A stretch of 45,011 nucleotides of DNA from a virus (lineage: Duplodnaviria > Caudoviricetes): positions 1-45,011 of IMG/VR virus record IMGVR_UViG_3300044878_000023. One strand, written 5' to 3'. This document shows, in pieces, positions 8,078-17,624 of the stretch (positions are counted from its first letter, which is position 1; each line of letters starts with the position of its first letter). The position numbers and the translations under genes were made by a program. Under the pieces are notes generated by a model. That model searched no databases, was not told the origin of the DNA, and worked only from the letters and a program-made list of their open reading frames with translations.

Positions 8078-8527
8078 GTGGCCAACGGTAAAAAAAAGCT
8101 AGAAAGTGAATTTCAGGGTAATCTCAAAAAAGAGATCCGCCGAATGCTTCCCGGCTGCTTTATCATGAAACTCGACTCGAGTGAGTTTCAAGGTATTCCA
8201 GATCTTCTCATCTTATGGGAAGACCGGTGGGCCATACTCGAAGTAAAGCGAAGCGCCAACAGTCCGTTCCAGCCAAACCAAGAATGGTATCTGGAACAGT
8301 TCAATCGACTGTCTTTCGCGTCAGTCATCTTCCCGGAAAATAAAGAGGCAGTACTTCATGATCTTCAACAGGCATTCCGATCTTGCGGGGCGCCACGCTA
8401 CATTGAGCGCAAGCAAGTACCACTGGATCAGATACAGCAACGAGAAGTTGTTGACTTGGTTCCAAACGCAACTCATGGCGAGGGAAGGGACAGAGCTCCA
8501 CGAACTCGCCGCGTTTCTCATTCGTAA
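8078..8527 (+). CDS. VRR-NUC / Holliday-junction-resolvase-like PD-(D/E)XK nuclease
   Basis: LESEFQ...GIPDL...LEVK...QPNQ motifs; GAGGA RBS. Confidence 0.8.
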   Translation: MANGKKKLESEFQGNLKKEIRRMLPGCFIMKLDSSEFQGIPDLLILWEDRWAILEVKRSANSPFQPNQEWYLEQFNRLSFASVIFPENKEAVLHDLQQAFRSCGAPRYIERKQVPLDQIQQREVVDLVPNATHGEGRDRAPRTRRVSHS

Positions 8528-8933
8528 GGGTCAGAAACTTCCTCGCAATAGGAAGACTCTGAACCTCTACGTAAACGACGCAATCGGGTTTCGAATGATT
8601 CCCGAACAGATTTTGTTTTATTCACCACTAGCCTTTGGTACTGTAGACGCTATTGTCTTCCGTACAATCGACGGTAAAAAGGAACTCCGCATTCATGATC
8701 TGAAGACTGGAGTTTCGAAAGCTTCTATGGATCAGCTAATGATCTATGTCGCTTTCTTCTGTCTTGAGTATGAGATTCGACCGTTTGAGATTGATCTCAT
8801 TGAATTGAGAATCTATCAGAATGATGATTACGAAGTACACCATCCTGAAAATGACGATATCGTGTTTATCATGGATCGCATTGTCACTGGCGATAAACTG
8901 CTAAGTACAATGCTCGAAGAAGCCGTCGACTAA
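8358..8933 (+). CDS. PD-(D/E)XK exonuclease (Cas4/RecB-like fold)
   Basis: HATLSAS, GTELH, FGTVD, IHDLKTG, QLMIY motifs; GAGG RBS. Confidence 0.8.
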   Translation: MIFNRHSDLAGRHATLSASKYHWIRYSNEKLLTWFQTQLMAREGTELHELAAFLIRKGQKLPRNRKTLNLYVNDAIGFRMIPEQILFYSPLAFGTVDAIVFRTIDGKKELRIHDLKTGVSKASMDQLMIYVAFFCLEYEIRPFEIDLIELRIYQNDDYEVHHPENDDIVFIMDRIVTGDKLLSTMLEEAVD

Positions 8934-8950
8934 CGAGAGGGGTGACCTAA

Positions 8951-11719
8951 ATGAGTAAAGATGAAATGACAGATGCTAGTTTCCTTCGCCATGAAGGCGT
9001 CCTCCGTAAGTCGGGGCGCTATCCTTGGGGTAGTGGTGAGAATCCCGAACAACGGGGTCGTTCCTTCAAGGGACACATCGAAGAACTCCGCAAGAAGGGT
9101 ATGACTGATACTCAGATTGCGAAAGCATTCAGCGGAGTCGATGAAAACGGTAAAGCATACGTAATGACCACTACACAGCTTCGTGCTTTGACGTCTATTG
9201 CTAACGACGCCATTAAACGAGCTGAAGTCGGCCAAGCTATAAAGCTGAAAGAAAAGAATCTTTCGAACGTAGCTATCGGAAACATTATGGGTAAGAACGA
9301 GTCTTCTGTTCGAGCTCTACTGGCAGCTTCCGAAAAGTTTGACTCCGATGCCAACACCACCACAGCTAACATCATTCGTGATCAAGTTGAGAAGAATAAG
9401 TATGTTGACTTCGGTCAGGGGACCGAGAATCACCTAGGCGTGAGTAGTACTCGTCTGGGAACAGCGATTGCGATTCTCAAAGAAGAAGGCTACAAGGTTC
9501 ACTACATCAAAGCGGAACAGATGTCTGGTATGGGCAACTTTACCAGCGTTAAAGTCATCACTAAGGGTGATGTGATCTATTCTGACGTTCTCAAGAACAA
9601 GGATAAGATCGTTCCTCTTCGAGGCGATTCTGAGGATGGCGGTAAAACGTTCACAAACCTTGGAATGCTGCCTCCGCTCAACGTGCCGCTTAAGCGAGTT
9701 GGTGTTCGTTATGCGGAAGAAGGTGGTGCCGACAAAGACGGTGTCATCGAAATTCGTCGTGGCGTAAAAGATCTCGACATGGGGAATTCCCGCTACGCTC
9801 AGGTTCGAATCGGTGTTGATGGGACTCATTACCTAAAGGGTATGGCCATGTACAGCGATAACATTCCTGACGGTGTCGACATGGTCTTCAACACTAACAA
9901 GAGTGATACCGGCGACAAGCTCAAAGCTATGAAGCCTCAAAAAGTAAGTGATGACGACCCAAACCCATTCGGTTCGGCCGTTAAGCAGATTACGAAGAAG
10001 AATGCTGATGGATCAGAAACGGTCATTTCAGCACTCAACATCGTAAATGAGGAAGGCGATTGGACTAAGTGGTCTAACACCTTCTCATCTCAGATGCTGT
10101 CAAAACAGAGTGCGATTCTTGCAAAAGAACAGCTCAAGCAGCGTTATGATTCTAAAAAGGCTGAATACGACGAAATTACGGCTCTTACCAACCCTGTTGT
10201 GAAACAGCGTTTGCTGGAGTCGTTTGCCGACGGTGCCGATTCTGCTGCAGTCCATTTGAAAGCAGCCGGTCTTCCTAGAACTGCAAACCATGTCATTCTC
10301 CCTATTAACAGTCTTAAGGATCATGAAGTTTATGCTCCTAAATACAACGATGGTGAGAAAGTCGTTCTAGTTCGACACCCTCATGGTGGAACTTTCGAAA
10401 TTCCGGAACTCACGGTCAATAACAAGAACCGTGAGGCTAATGGCGTTATTAAGCAAGCCCGAGATGCTATTGGTATCAATTCCAAGGTTGCGGAACGTCT
10501 GTCTGGCGCAGACTTCGATGGAGACACTGTTCTTGTAATTCCTAACCCTCAATCAGGGCCTTACCGAGTAAAGAGCTCTGCTCCCTTGGAAGGACTCAAG
10601 AACTTCAATCCTCAGAAGCTATATAAGCTTCCTGATGATGCGCCTAAAATGTCGGCCAAATCTAAGGGTCAGCAGATGGGTGACGTCTCTAATCTGATTA
10701 CGGACATGACCATTAAGGGTGCTCCCTTTAATGAGATCGCTCGTGCAGTCAGACACTCTATGGTAGTTATTGATGCTGAGAAACATCATCTCGACTATAA
10801 GCAGTCTGCTAAAGACAATGGTATTGCGCAACTTAAGAAACAGTACCAGATGAAGCCTGATGGTAAAACGGGTGGCGCATCAACTATTGTCTCTCGTGCC
10901 AAGGGTGAAGTAAGGGTTGCCGAAAGGAAACTCCGATCTGCTAAAGACGGCGGACCTATTGATCCTAAGACTGGTAAGAAGGTCTATGTAGACACTGGTG
11001 AGAGCTACCGTAAATGGGATAAAGACAAGCAAGAATACGTTGGGCCTGAGATACCCAAGACTACTAATGTCAAACGTATGGACTATGTGGATGACGCACA
11101 TGCTCTAGTCTCTGATCCCGGCACTGTTATCGAACGCACCTATGCAGACCATGCTAATAGACTTAAGGTTCTGGCTAATGAGTCTAGGAAAGAAGTCTAT
11201 GCTACTAAGCCTGTTCCCTATAGCCCCTCTGCAAAGAAGGCTTACGCACAGGAAGTAACCCAGCTTAATGCAAAGCTTAATGAGGCGCTCAAAAACAAGC
11301 CCCTTGAAAGACAAGCTCAGCTGGTAGCAGGTAGTATTGTAGCCACCAAGAGGGATGCCAATCCTGACATGGATGCTGCTGAACTAAAGAAGATCAAAGG
11401 TCTTGCTCTTGCTGAAGGACGTGCTAGAACAGGTGCTAAACCACAGGCTATCAAGGTAGAGCCTCGTGAATGGGAAGCCATACAGGCTGGCGCTATTAGT
11501 ACTAACATGCTCAACAAGATCCTTGATCAGGCAGACCTTAATGTAATCAAGGAACTGGCTACACCAAGGGACAAGAAGGCTGTCACCGCAGGCACTCTAT
11601 CTAGGGCTAAGTCCATGATGGAGAAGGGATACACACAGAGTGAGATAGCATCAGCTCTTGGTGTATCAGCGAGTACTCTTGATCGAGCACTCAACCCTAC
11701 CACTACCACTGAAGACTAA
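8951..11719 (+). CDS. putative single-subunit two-barrel (YonO/RdRP-like) RNA polymerase with HTH domains
   Basis: DKDGVI, QVR..YLKG, VRHP, LSGADFDGD (DFDGD at nt 10511-10525), GDVSN, HSMVVIDAEK in canonical order; N- and C-terminal HTH-like segments. Confidence 0.75.
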   Translation: MSKDEMTDASFLRHEGVLRKSGRYPWGSGENPEQRGRSFKGHIEELRKKGMTDTQIAKAFSGVDENGKAYVMTTTQLRALTSIANDAIKRAEVGQAIKLKEKNLSNVAIGNIMGKNESSVRALLAASEKFDSDANTTTANIIRDQVEKNKYVDFGQGTENHLGVSSTRLGTAIAILKEEGYKVHYIKAEQMSGMGNFTSVKVITKGDVIYSDVLKNKDKIVPLRGDSEDGGKTFTNLGMLPPLNVPLKRVGVRYAEEGGADKDGVIEIRRGVKDLDMGNSRYAQVRIGVDGTHYLKGMAMYSDNIPDGVDMVFNTNKSDTGDKLKAMKPQKVSDDDPNPFGSAVKQITKKNADGSETVISALNIVNEEGDWTKWSNTFSSQMLSKQSAILAKEQLKQRYDSKKAEYDEITALTNPVVKQRLLESFADGADSAAVHLKAAGLPRTANHVILPINSLKDHEVYAPKYNDGEKVVLVRHPHGGTFEIPELTVNNKNREANGVIKQARDAIGINSKVAERLSGADFDGDTVLVIPNPQSGPYRVKSSAPLEGLKNFNPQKLYKLPDDAPKMSAKSKGQQMGDVSNLITDMTIKGAPFNEIARAVRHSMVVIDAEKHHLDYKQSAKDNGIAQLKKQYQMKPDGKTGGASTIVSRAKGEVRVAERKLRSAKDGGPIDPKTGKKVYVDTGESYRKWDKDKQEYVGPEIPKTTNVKRMDYVDDAHALVSDPGTVIERTYADHANRLKVLANESRKEVYATKPVPYSPSAKKAYAQEVTQLNAKLNEALKNKPLERQAQLVAGSIVATKRDANPDMDAAELKKIKGLALAEGRARTGAKPQAIKVEPREWEAIQAGAISTNMLNKILDQADLNVIKELATPRDKKAVTAGTLSRAKSMMEKGYTQSEIASALGVSASTLDRALNPTTTTED

Positions 11720-11736
11720 GAAGAAAGGAGTAGACA

Positions 11737-11985
11737 TTGGCTGCTGCTACTGAGTATCTACTATCAACAACAGACAATCCATACAATCCTTTCACTGAGT
11801 TCGATCAGTGGAATGCGTACGACATGCAAGTTGGTCATCACACACTGGCTTTGCTAGCCCGGTGCGCCATCACTAGCGATGAGTTGTCTGAACTTGATCA
11901 GAGTCAGGCGATCGATCTCGCTATTAATGAGATTGTTGATTACAATGCTTCGGGAATGCATATCAAAGTGCCTGAACCAAGCTAA
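11737..11985 (+). CDS. hypothetical protein (LxTxDNPYNPF motif)
   Basis: AAAGGAG RBS, TTG start; last gene before the predicted genome end. Confidence 0.75.
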   Translation: MAAATEYLLSTTDNPYNPFTEFDQWNAYDMQVGHHTLALLARCAITSDELSELDQSQAIDLAINEIVDYNASGMHIKVPEPS

Positions 11986-12016
11986 TAACGACATAACATT
12001 TCCATAAAAGGTGTAT

Positions 12017-12050
12017 GGGGGGAGGGGTCTCGCACACAGACCCCCCTCCC
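12017..12050. repeat. GC-rich inverted repeat next to the predicted cos site
   Basis: GGGAGGGGTCT-cgcacac-AGACCCCCCTCCC. Confidence 0.6.
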
Positions 12051-12055
12051 TGTAT

Positions 12056-12064
12056 CGCCGACCT
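12056..12064 (+). other. putative 9-nt 3' cohesive end (cos junction) CGCCGACCT
   Basis: Resembles the CGCCGnCCT overhangs I recall for this phage group; lies in non-coding gap upstream of the packaging/structural genes. Confidence 0.65.
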
Positions 12065-12135
12065 CTTAAAAAATGCCCCGGGGGTAAAATCCGGGGAACG
12101 ATTTGACCTAAAACAATCCGGCGAAAGGTTCCACC

Positions 12136-12351
12136 ATGACGAAGACCCCCGAAGCTGTTGAGACTACCCCTGTTCCGGAGTGGATCATCCCCAATCAGGA
12201 CAAGCTCGAGCAGGTAATCGACGCTCGACTCGAGAAGCTGAAGATCGCAGAGAAGTCTGCAGCCTCGCGCTCTCGTTCAACCGGCTCCTCTGCAAAGGCT
12301 GAGACCGGTCCTGCTGCAAAGGCAGATTCCAAGGAAGACGACAAGTCTTAA
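12136..12351 (+). CDS. hypothetical protein
   Basis: AAAGG RBS; C/G-ending codon bias; followed by hairpin. Confidence 0.7.
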   Translation: MTKTPEAVETTPVPEWIIPNQDKLEQVIDARLEKLKIAEKSAASRSRSTGSSAKAETGPAAKADSKEDDKS

Positions 12352-12359
12352 TTTGGAAC

Positions 12360-12395
12360 GTTGTGGGGCTATCTTACTCTAGGTAGCCCCACAAC
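12360..12395 (+). terminator. strong hairpin downstream of 12136 ORF
   Basis: GTTGTGGGGCTATCT...AGGTAGCCCCACAAC; no clear U-tract. Confidence 0.45.
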
Positions 12396-12397
12396 CC

Positions 12398-12815
12398 CCA
12401 TGTTTGTTTCGATGGGACTTTAGACCTCTATACTTTGTAGCTCCGGGAAGACTTACAAGGCTGGGTTGACACCATAGAGATCTAAAGTCCTTTCAAAGCC
12501 AACATGGCCTGACCCTTTTTGCCTTTTGATGGAATTCCAGAACTCACCGGGCTCAGATTCCTAACACACTCCGAATGTAGGATGCCGACGCGTAGAACTG
12601 GCGTTCCTTCAATAGGCAAAAACTATACCTAAAGTATCCATAGACTAGCTCCAAAGAGCACTGCTGCCATGTAGGGTCTCCGCGATAGTGTACTAGTTCT
12701 CACAACAAAGTAGGGTTCATCTCCTACACTCCTTTCAAGAGGCGACGTCTACATGCTGGGGAGCGTGATGTCGTTCGAGAACTAGTGCACTTTCATGGAG
12801 ACCCTACATGGGTTT
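12398..12815 (+). ncRNA. putative structured non-coding RNA(s): three long-stem, branched domains
   Basis: Imperfect 25-35 bp closing stems 12398-12507, 12516-12622, 12667-12811 with internal hairpins; no ORF of 60 aa or more. Confidence 0.55.
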
Positions 12816-12922
12816 TCCACTTTTGCGTAATTTCTAAAGAGATACGAACATGGACTTTTAACTTTTGCATAATCGCGCCACAACAGGCTCAATTTTAACT
12901 TAATCATCAACGAGGAGGCTAT

Positions 12923-15580
12923 ATGCTTTTGCCCGCTAACGTTTCAACAGGCCGAGTAGTTGGGCAGTTTATAGTCGGAGTTATAGACGGCGATGATCCC
13001 GATGAAGAACCAGAAGTTGTACCAGCATCTGGAACAATCACGTTCTCTGCCTCTGTTCCATATCTCCCAAATCTCGGCTCTGTACCTAATCCTAAAACTA
13101 TTCTTACTAAGAATATTGTAGGCGTCCTAGACTCCCAAGGATATTTGTCTACGCCTAAGCCGGGAACCCGAGATGCTGCTTATCCCGGAGTTCGACTTGT
13201 AGCTAATGACGATCCGGATTTGTCAGTCGAGAGCTGGACTTGGAGTGTCATCTACAAGTTCGATTCTGTAGATGGAACCACTCCCAATATTCCTCCGCAC
13301 TCCTTCGTTATGCTGTCGGATGAGACTGTGGATCTGACTACAGTCATTAAGGTTCCTTCATCTACGGGTCTAGGGACTTTGCAAGCCGAAGCACTAGTTG
13401 CGGCATCGGCCGCAGACGCTGCTGAAGCATCTGACGCCGCTCAGTCAGCAGCGAACTCCGCTCAGTCAGCAGCAGATTCCGCCGCAGAAGCAGCGAATAC
13501 GGTTGGGGCTGCTAACAGCCTGATTGATGCTAGGATCGACACCAAGCTGGTACGTACTCTGCTAGAAGACGGAACAGATCTCAATGCTATGAATACGACA
13601 GCGCATGTCGGCACATATGCAGTTGGCGGAACGTTGCTTAATGGACCTTCCGTCAACCTGCCTTCTACGGGTACATTAGAAATCGGCAAGGGTTCCGATT
13701 TTGGCGTTTATCAGAGGATCACCGCTGGAGTCACTATGTGGTTCCGAGAGGTAATCAGCGTAAGTGCGGGTACATGGTTCGAATGGACTCAAACTTCGAC
13801 CTTGGATACCAACGGTAAGGTTCCGGTGGTACAACTCCCAGCAGGTACTACCTCAGTTGCAGGAACCATGTCTGCTGAAGATAAAACAAAGTTGGATGCT
13901 GCTACCGCTGCAAATACAGACGGGACGCTTGTATTGCGGTACAACGGCGGCGAGACCAACTTTAAGGGTGTCTATCTTTCGGATGCTCCGTCCAGTATCA
14001 GCCACGCAACTCGTAAGGATTACGTGGATGCTTTGGTTTCGGGACAGGTACGGACTGCTGCAAGTAAGCCTGCTACCGACCTCCCGAGTACGTACGCTGC
14101 GGGCGTTACATATTCTCAGGCGACTGCCGATGGTACATGGCCCGTGACTGCTGCTAATGTCATAACTATTAGACACGGGTCCTCGCGAACGTTCCAAATG
14201 GTAGTCGGTAAGGTTACTGGTACGACGTGGGTAAGGTCTGAAGACACTGACACGTGGGGCGTATTTACACAACTGGCAACCACGGCTGTAGCCACAGGAT
14301 CGTTGGCTGGGCTAATGTCCGCTGCTGACAAGGCTCTGCTAGATACTGCTACTAGTGCTACCACAGCTAGCGCCCTAGTAAAGCGAAGTAGCACTGGGGA
14401 TATCAACGTAAATACACCTACATCTGGAGGCCACCCAACAACTAAGAACTATGTAGACGCTATGGTGTGGGATGGTTCGGATATCACCACTGGTACCATT
14501 TCTGATGCTCGGATCGCCAAAGTCACATCGGTTCTAGACGGTCTAATGCTAAAAGCAGATAAGATTAAGTTGGATGCCGCTACATCGTCAGCTACCGGGT
14601 CCACTCTAGTTCTGCGCGCAGCAGACGGACGATTCAACACCCCCGACCCCACCAGTGGACCGAACGCTGCCACTAAGGACTATGTGGATGCAATGGTTTG
14701 GGACGGCTCGGACATCACTACCGGCACAATTTCTGATGCTAGGATCGCTAAAGCCACGTCGCTTCTCGATGGACTCATGCTGAAAGCCGACAAAGCCAAG
14801 TTGGATGCAGCTACTGGTGGCGCTACAGGCTCCACACTTGCACTTCGATACAGTGATGGACGATTGGGTGTAGCGACTCCCACCGCCACTGGTGATGCTA
14901 CAACTAAGGCTTACGTAGACGGTAAGGTGTGGGATGGCGCAGATATTACTACCGGTACGGTGTCAGCATCGCGTCTACCAGTCGCTACTGGTAGCGTTCC
15001 GGGAACAATGTCTGCTGCAGACAAGGCGAAGTTTGACGCAGCTACTAGTGCGCCTACAGTATCTACTATTGCTATGCGTAACAGCGCCGGACGTATTCAG
15101 GTAACAGATCCTGCATCCGATACAACTGCGGCAACACCGAAGTCGTATGTGGATGGACAGATTAGTCCTCTACCGCTTGGTCTCGTGGGTTACACTAACG
15201 CGGTATCGGTGACTGGAGCTCAGAACACTACCGAAGTAATGCTGCTGGAGAAAACCATCAGTGTTGTCTCGGGACGTAACTATGATATTCGTGTTGATCT
15301 GGATTTTTATGGCGAAACAGCAGGCGATATTGCTCTGACTGTGAACGTAATTTATGGTGGTACCGGCGCTACTGGTACGATTATCGACACTAAGATCGTG
15401 TGGGGATCGCCAGTAGCTGCTGTAGGCGGGACAGCCTCGGCACAGATGGTTATTAAGTACACCGCTACGTCTACAGCCTCCCTGCGATTCGCCTATACCA
15501 CGAATAGGGCGTCAGGCTCGGGTAACTACCGAGTTAACAACCGTAAGCTCGCTATCTTGGATACCGGCTCAGCAATCTAA
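12923..15580 (+). CDS. minor tail / fibre-like protein with internal repeats
   Basis: Repeats GLMxxADKAKLDAAT, ATKxYVD, VWDGSDITTGTI; Ala/Thr/Gly rich; GAGGAGG RBS. Confidence 0.75.
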   Translation: MLLPANVSTGRVVGQFIVGVIDGDDPDEEPEVVPASGTITFSASVPYLPNLGSVPNPKTILTKNIVGVLDSQGYLSTPKPGTRDAAYPGVRLVANDDPDLSVESWTWSVIYKFDSVDGTTPNIPPHSFVMLSDETVDLTTVIKVPSSTGLGTLQAEALVAASAADAAEASDAAQSAANSAQSAADSAAEAANTVGAANSLIDARIDTKLVRTLLEDGTDLNAMNTTAHVGTYAVGGTLLNGPSVNLPSTGTLEIGKGSDFGVYQRITAGVTMWFREVISVSAGTWFEWTQTSTLDTNGKVPVVQLPAGTTSVAGTMSAEDKTKLDAATAANTDGTLVLRYNGGETNFKGVYLSDAPSSISHATRKDYVDALVSGQVRTAASKPATDLPSTYAAGVTYSQATADGTWPVTAANVITIRHGSSRTFQMVVGKVTGTTWVRSEDTDTWGVFTQLATTAVATGSLAGLMSAADKALLDTATSATTASALVKRSSTGDINVNTPTSGGHPTTKNYVDAMVWDGSDITTGTISDARIAKVTSVLDGLMLKADKIKLDAATSSATGSTLVLRAADGRFNTPDPTSGPNAATKDYVDAMVWDGSDITTGTISDARIAKATSLLDGLMLKADKAKLDAATGGATGSTLALRYSDGRLGVATPTATGDATTKAYVDGKVWDGADITTGTVSASRLPVATGSVPGTMSAADKAKFDAATSAPTVSTIAMRNSAGRIQVTDPASDTTAATPKSYVDGQISPLPLGLVGYTNAVSVTGAQNTTEVMLLEKTISVVSGRNYDIRVDLDFYGETAGDIALTVNVIYGGTGATGTIIDTKIVWGSPVAAVGGTASAQMVIKYTATSTASLRFAYTTNRASGSGNYRVNNRKLAILDTGSAI

Positions 15581-15603
15581 AACTATTAAGGAGGTGAATA
15601 CCT

Positions 15604-16011
15604 ATGGCAGGCCCGGGAAGACCTAGAAAGTCTACCGCATTAGTTCAGCAATCCAGCAAAGTCTTTGACTCTGAGATTGTTGAGGATGAGAAACCTATTA
15701 AACGACTGCCTCGAGCTAGAACTCCTGAAGCTCGAGAAAGTCAGCTAGCAGCATTAGCATATGACCTAGCAGAAAAACAGTTTCTCGATGGTTCGGCCTC
15801 GTCACAGGTAATAGTTCACTTTCTTAAAGTTGGTTCTACTCGTGAGAAGGTCGAACTTCAGAAACAGAAGCAGGAGACTCTCCTCGTCGAAGCAAAGGTC
15901 AAGGATCTTGCTAACGTCGAAGAGATGAAGAAGCTCTACGTTGAAGCTATGGATGCTATGCGCGGTTACGCCGGAAAGGAAGAGGGTCAAGATGATCCGC
16001 TCATATTCTGA
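15604..16011 (+). CDS. probable terminase small subunit
   Basis: PRARTPEARESQLAALAYDLAEKQ...ASSQVIVHFLK; position near cos, HNH and terminase; AAGGAGG RBS. Confidence 0.5.
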   Translation: MAGPGRPRKSTALVQQSSKVFDSEIVEDEKPIKRLPRARTPEARESQLAALAYDLAEKQFLDGSASSQVIVHFLKVGSTREKVELQKQKQETLLVEAKVKDLANVEEMKKLYVEAMDAMRGYAGKEEGQDDPLIF

Positions 16012-16423
16012 GCTCATAAAGCTCGAATCGTTTAAAGATCGTTTCGAATATCTCAGCCTTAAAGGTGTAGTTGGCGAATCAACGTTTGGCTTCGAACGTC
16101 ATCGGAATCAGAAATTCTATAAAAGCCGCGAATGGCGTTTAATTCGAGACGAAATTATTACTCGAGACCTAGGTTGCGATCTTGGGGCTGTAGGGTTCGA
16201 TATTCATGAACGGATTATCATCCATCACATGAATCCTATGGCCCCAGTCGATCTTGTTCGCGGTAATGCTGATATTCTGGACCCAGAGTATCTCATATCC
16301 GTCACTCACAAAACACACAACGCAATTCACTACGGCGATTCGTCACTTTTAGCACTTCCGTTTATTGAACGGCGTCCGGGTGACACTACGTTGTGGGGAA
16401 CTCAAGTAAGGAGAGCAGCATGA
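15992..16423 (+). CDS. HNH endonuclease (packaging-associated)
   Basis: EWRLIR..IITRD..C...IHHMNP...L...THNAIH. Confidence 0.85.
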   Translation: MIRSYSELIKLESFKDRFEYLSLKGVVGESTFGFERHRNQKFYKSREWRLIRDEIITRDLGCDLGAVGFDIHERIIIHHMNPMAPVDLVRGNADILDPEYLISVTHKTHNAIHYGDSSLLALPFIERRPGDTTLWGTQVRRAA

Positions 16424-17457
16424 CTCTAAAAGGCATCGATATTTCGGGCTGGCAGGCAGGAATCAATCTTGCGGCTGTCGCTTGTGATTTCGTAATCGTT
16501 AAAGCGACAGGTGGTACCGGCTTTGTTAACCCTCATTGCGATACGCAGTTTCAGGCTGCTCGTAAAGCTGGAAAGCGGACTGGCGTATATCACTTCGCTC
16601 GTGAAGTTGGTTACCGGGGATCGGCAATCGAAGAAGCAAACCACTTCGTCGACAGCATCCAAGGATATCTCGATGGCAAGACTCTTCTGGTCCTCGACTT
16701 CGAAGGTGACAACCAGACGGACGCGGGCTATGCCCTGACTTGGCTTAACCACGTTAAGTCTCGCACGGGCGTAAAGCCTATGATCTACCTGAATGGTGCA
16801 GCGCTCAATGGCGGCAACTGGTCTTCGGTATGGGCAGGCGACTACGGTCTTTGGTTTGCTCAGTACGCCGTAACAACTCCTACGATCGGGTACAAGTACT
16901 ACGATGGTCGCGACATCGAGCAGGTCGCGCCTAAGCATCCTTGTGCTATGTGGCAGTTCTCCTCCACCGCACAGCTGAATGGTTACGCAGGCAACCTCGA
17001 CGCTAACATCTTCTATGGTGATGGCGCTGCGTGGGATGCCTACTGCCGTCCTTCAGGAGCTCCTGCTCCGAAACCCGTAGTTACTCCTGCGCCAGCTGCA
17101 CCGAAGCCTGTCGTCGCCCCTAAACCGGCTACTTCGGGTAAAGTCTCACAGTGCGTCGTCGAAGCTGGGGATACCCTGTCTAAGATCGGTATTCAGTTTG
17201 GGGTTGATTGGCGACAGATCGCTCTGCTCAACAAGATCTCAGCTCCGTATACGATCCACCCGGGTCAGGTTCTTAACCTCCCGACTAAATCCACTCCGGT
17301 TGCAAAGCCGAAGCAGTGTCGTGTTGAAGCTGGAGACAGCCTCTCTTCGATCGGTATTCAGTTCGGTGTTGATTGGCGTAAGATCGCGTCTCTCAATGGT
17401 ATTTCTGCACCGTACACCATCCACCCGGGTCAGGTTCTCAACCTGCCCAGTGCTTAG
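16420..17457 (+). CDS. endolysin: GH25 muramidase, Pro/Ala linker, 2 LysM
   Basis: GIDISGWQ, VKATGG, GVYHF, LDFE, WQFSS, LDAN; two VEAGD(T/S)LSxI...IHPGQVLNLP repeats. Confidence 0.92.
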   Translation: MTLKGIDISGWQAGINLAAVACDFVIVKATGGTGFVNPHCDTQFQAARKAGKRTGVYHFAREVGYRGSAIEEANHFVDSIQGYLDGKTLLVLDFEGDNQTDAGYALTWLNHVKSRTGVKPMIYLNGAALNGGNWSSVWAGDYGLWFAQYAVTTPTIGYKYYDGRDIEQVAPKHPCAMWQFSSTAQLNGYAGNLDANIFYGDGAAWDAYCRPSGAPAPKPVVTPAPAAPKPVVAPKPATSGKVSQCVVEAGDTLSKIGIQFGVDWRQIALLNKISAPYTIHPGQVLNLPTKSTPVAKPKQCRVEAGDSLSSIGIQFGVDWRKIASLNGISAPYTIHPGQVLNLPSA

Positions 17458-17459
17458 TT

Positions 17460-17624
17460 ATGCAGCAGCGAATCGCTAACAACTTCGCCCTCGCGCTCGT
17501 TATGCTATCTGTCTGCGGACTGATGCTAGGCGTTGTGTGCGTATATCTGATCATGCTTGTAATTGCACTATGTCAATTCGCTATGGATATCTTCACACTA
17601 GTTGGGGGAGGTTATGGAGGATAA
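17460..17624 (+). CDS. small membrane protein (54 aa), possible holin-like; not in ORF track
   Basis: MQQRIANNFALALVMLSVCGLMLGVVCVYLIMLVIALCQFAMDIFTLVGGGYGG fills the gap after the lysin. Confidence 0.5.
   Translation: MQQRIANNFALALVMLSVCGLMLGVVCVYLIMLVIALCQFAMDIFTLVGGGYGG

Noticed and set aside
8951-11719. Host-type rpoC or T7-like RNAP assignment
   Set aside because: It lacks the beta' zinc-binding regions and the NADFDGD context, and lacks T7-family motifs, so no gene symbol was assigned.
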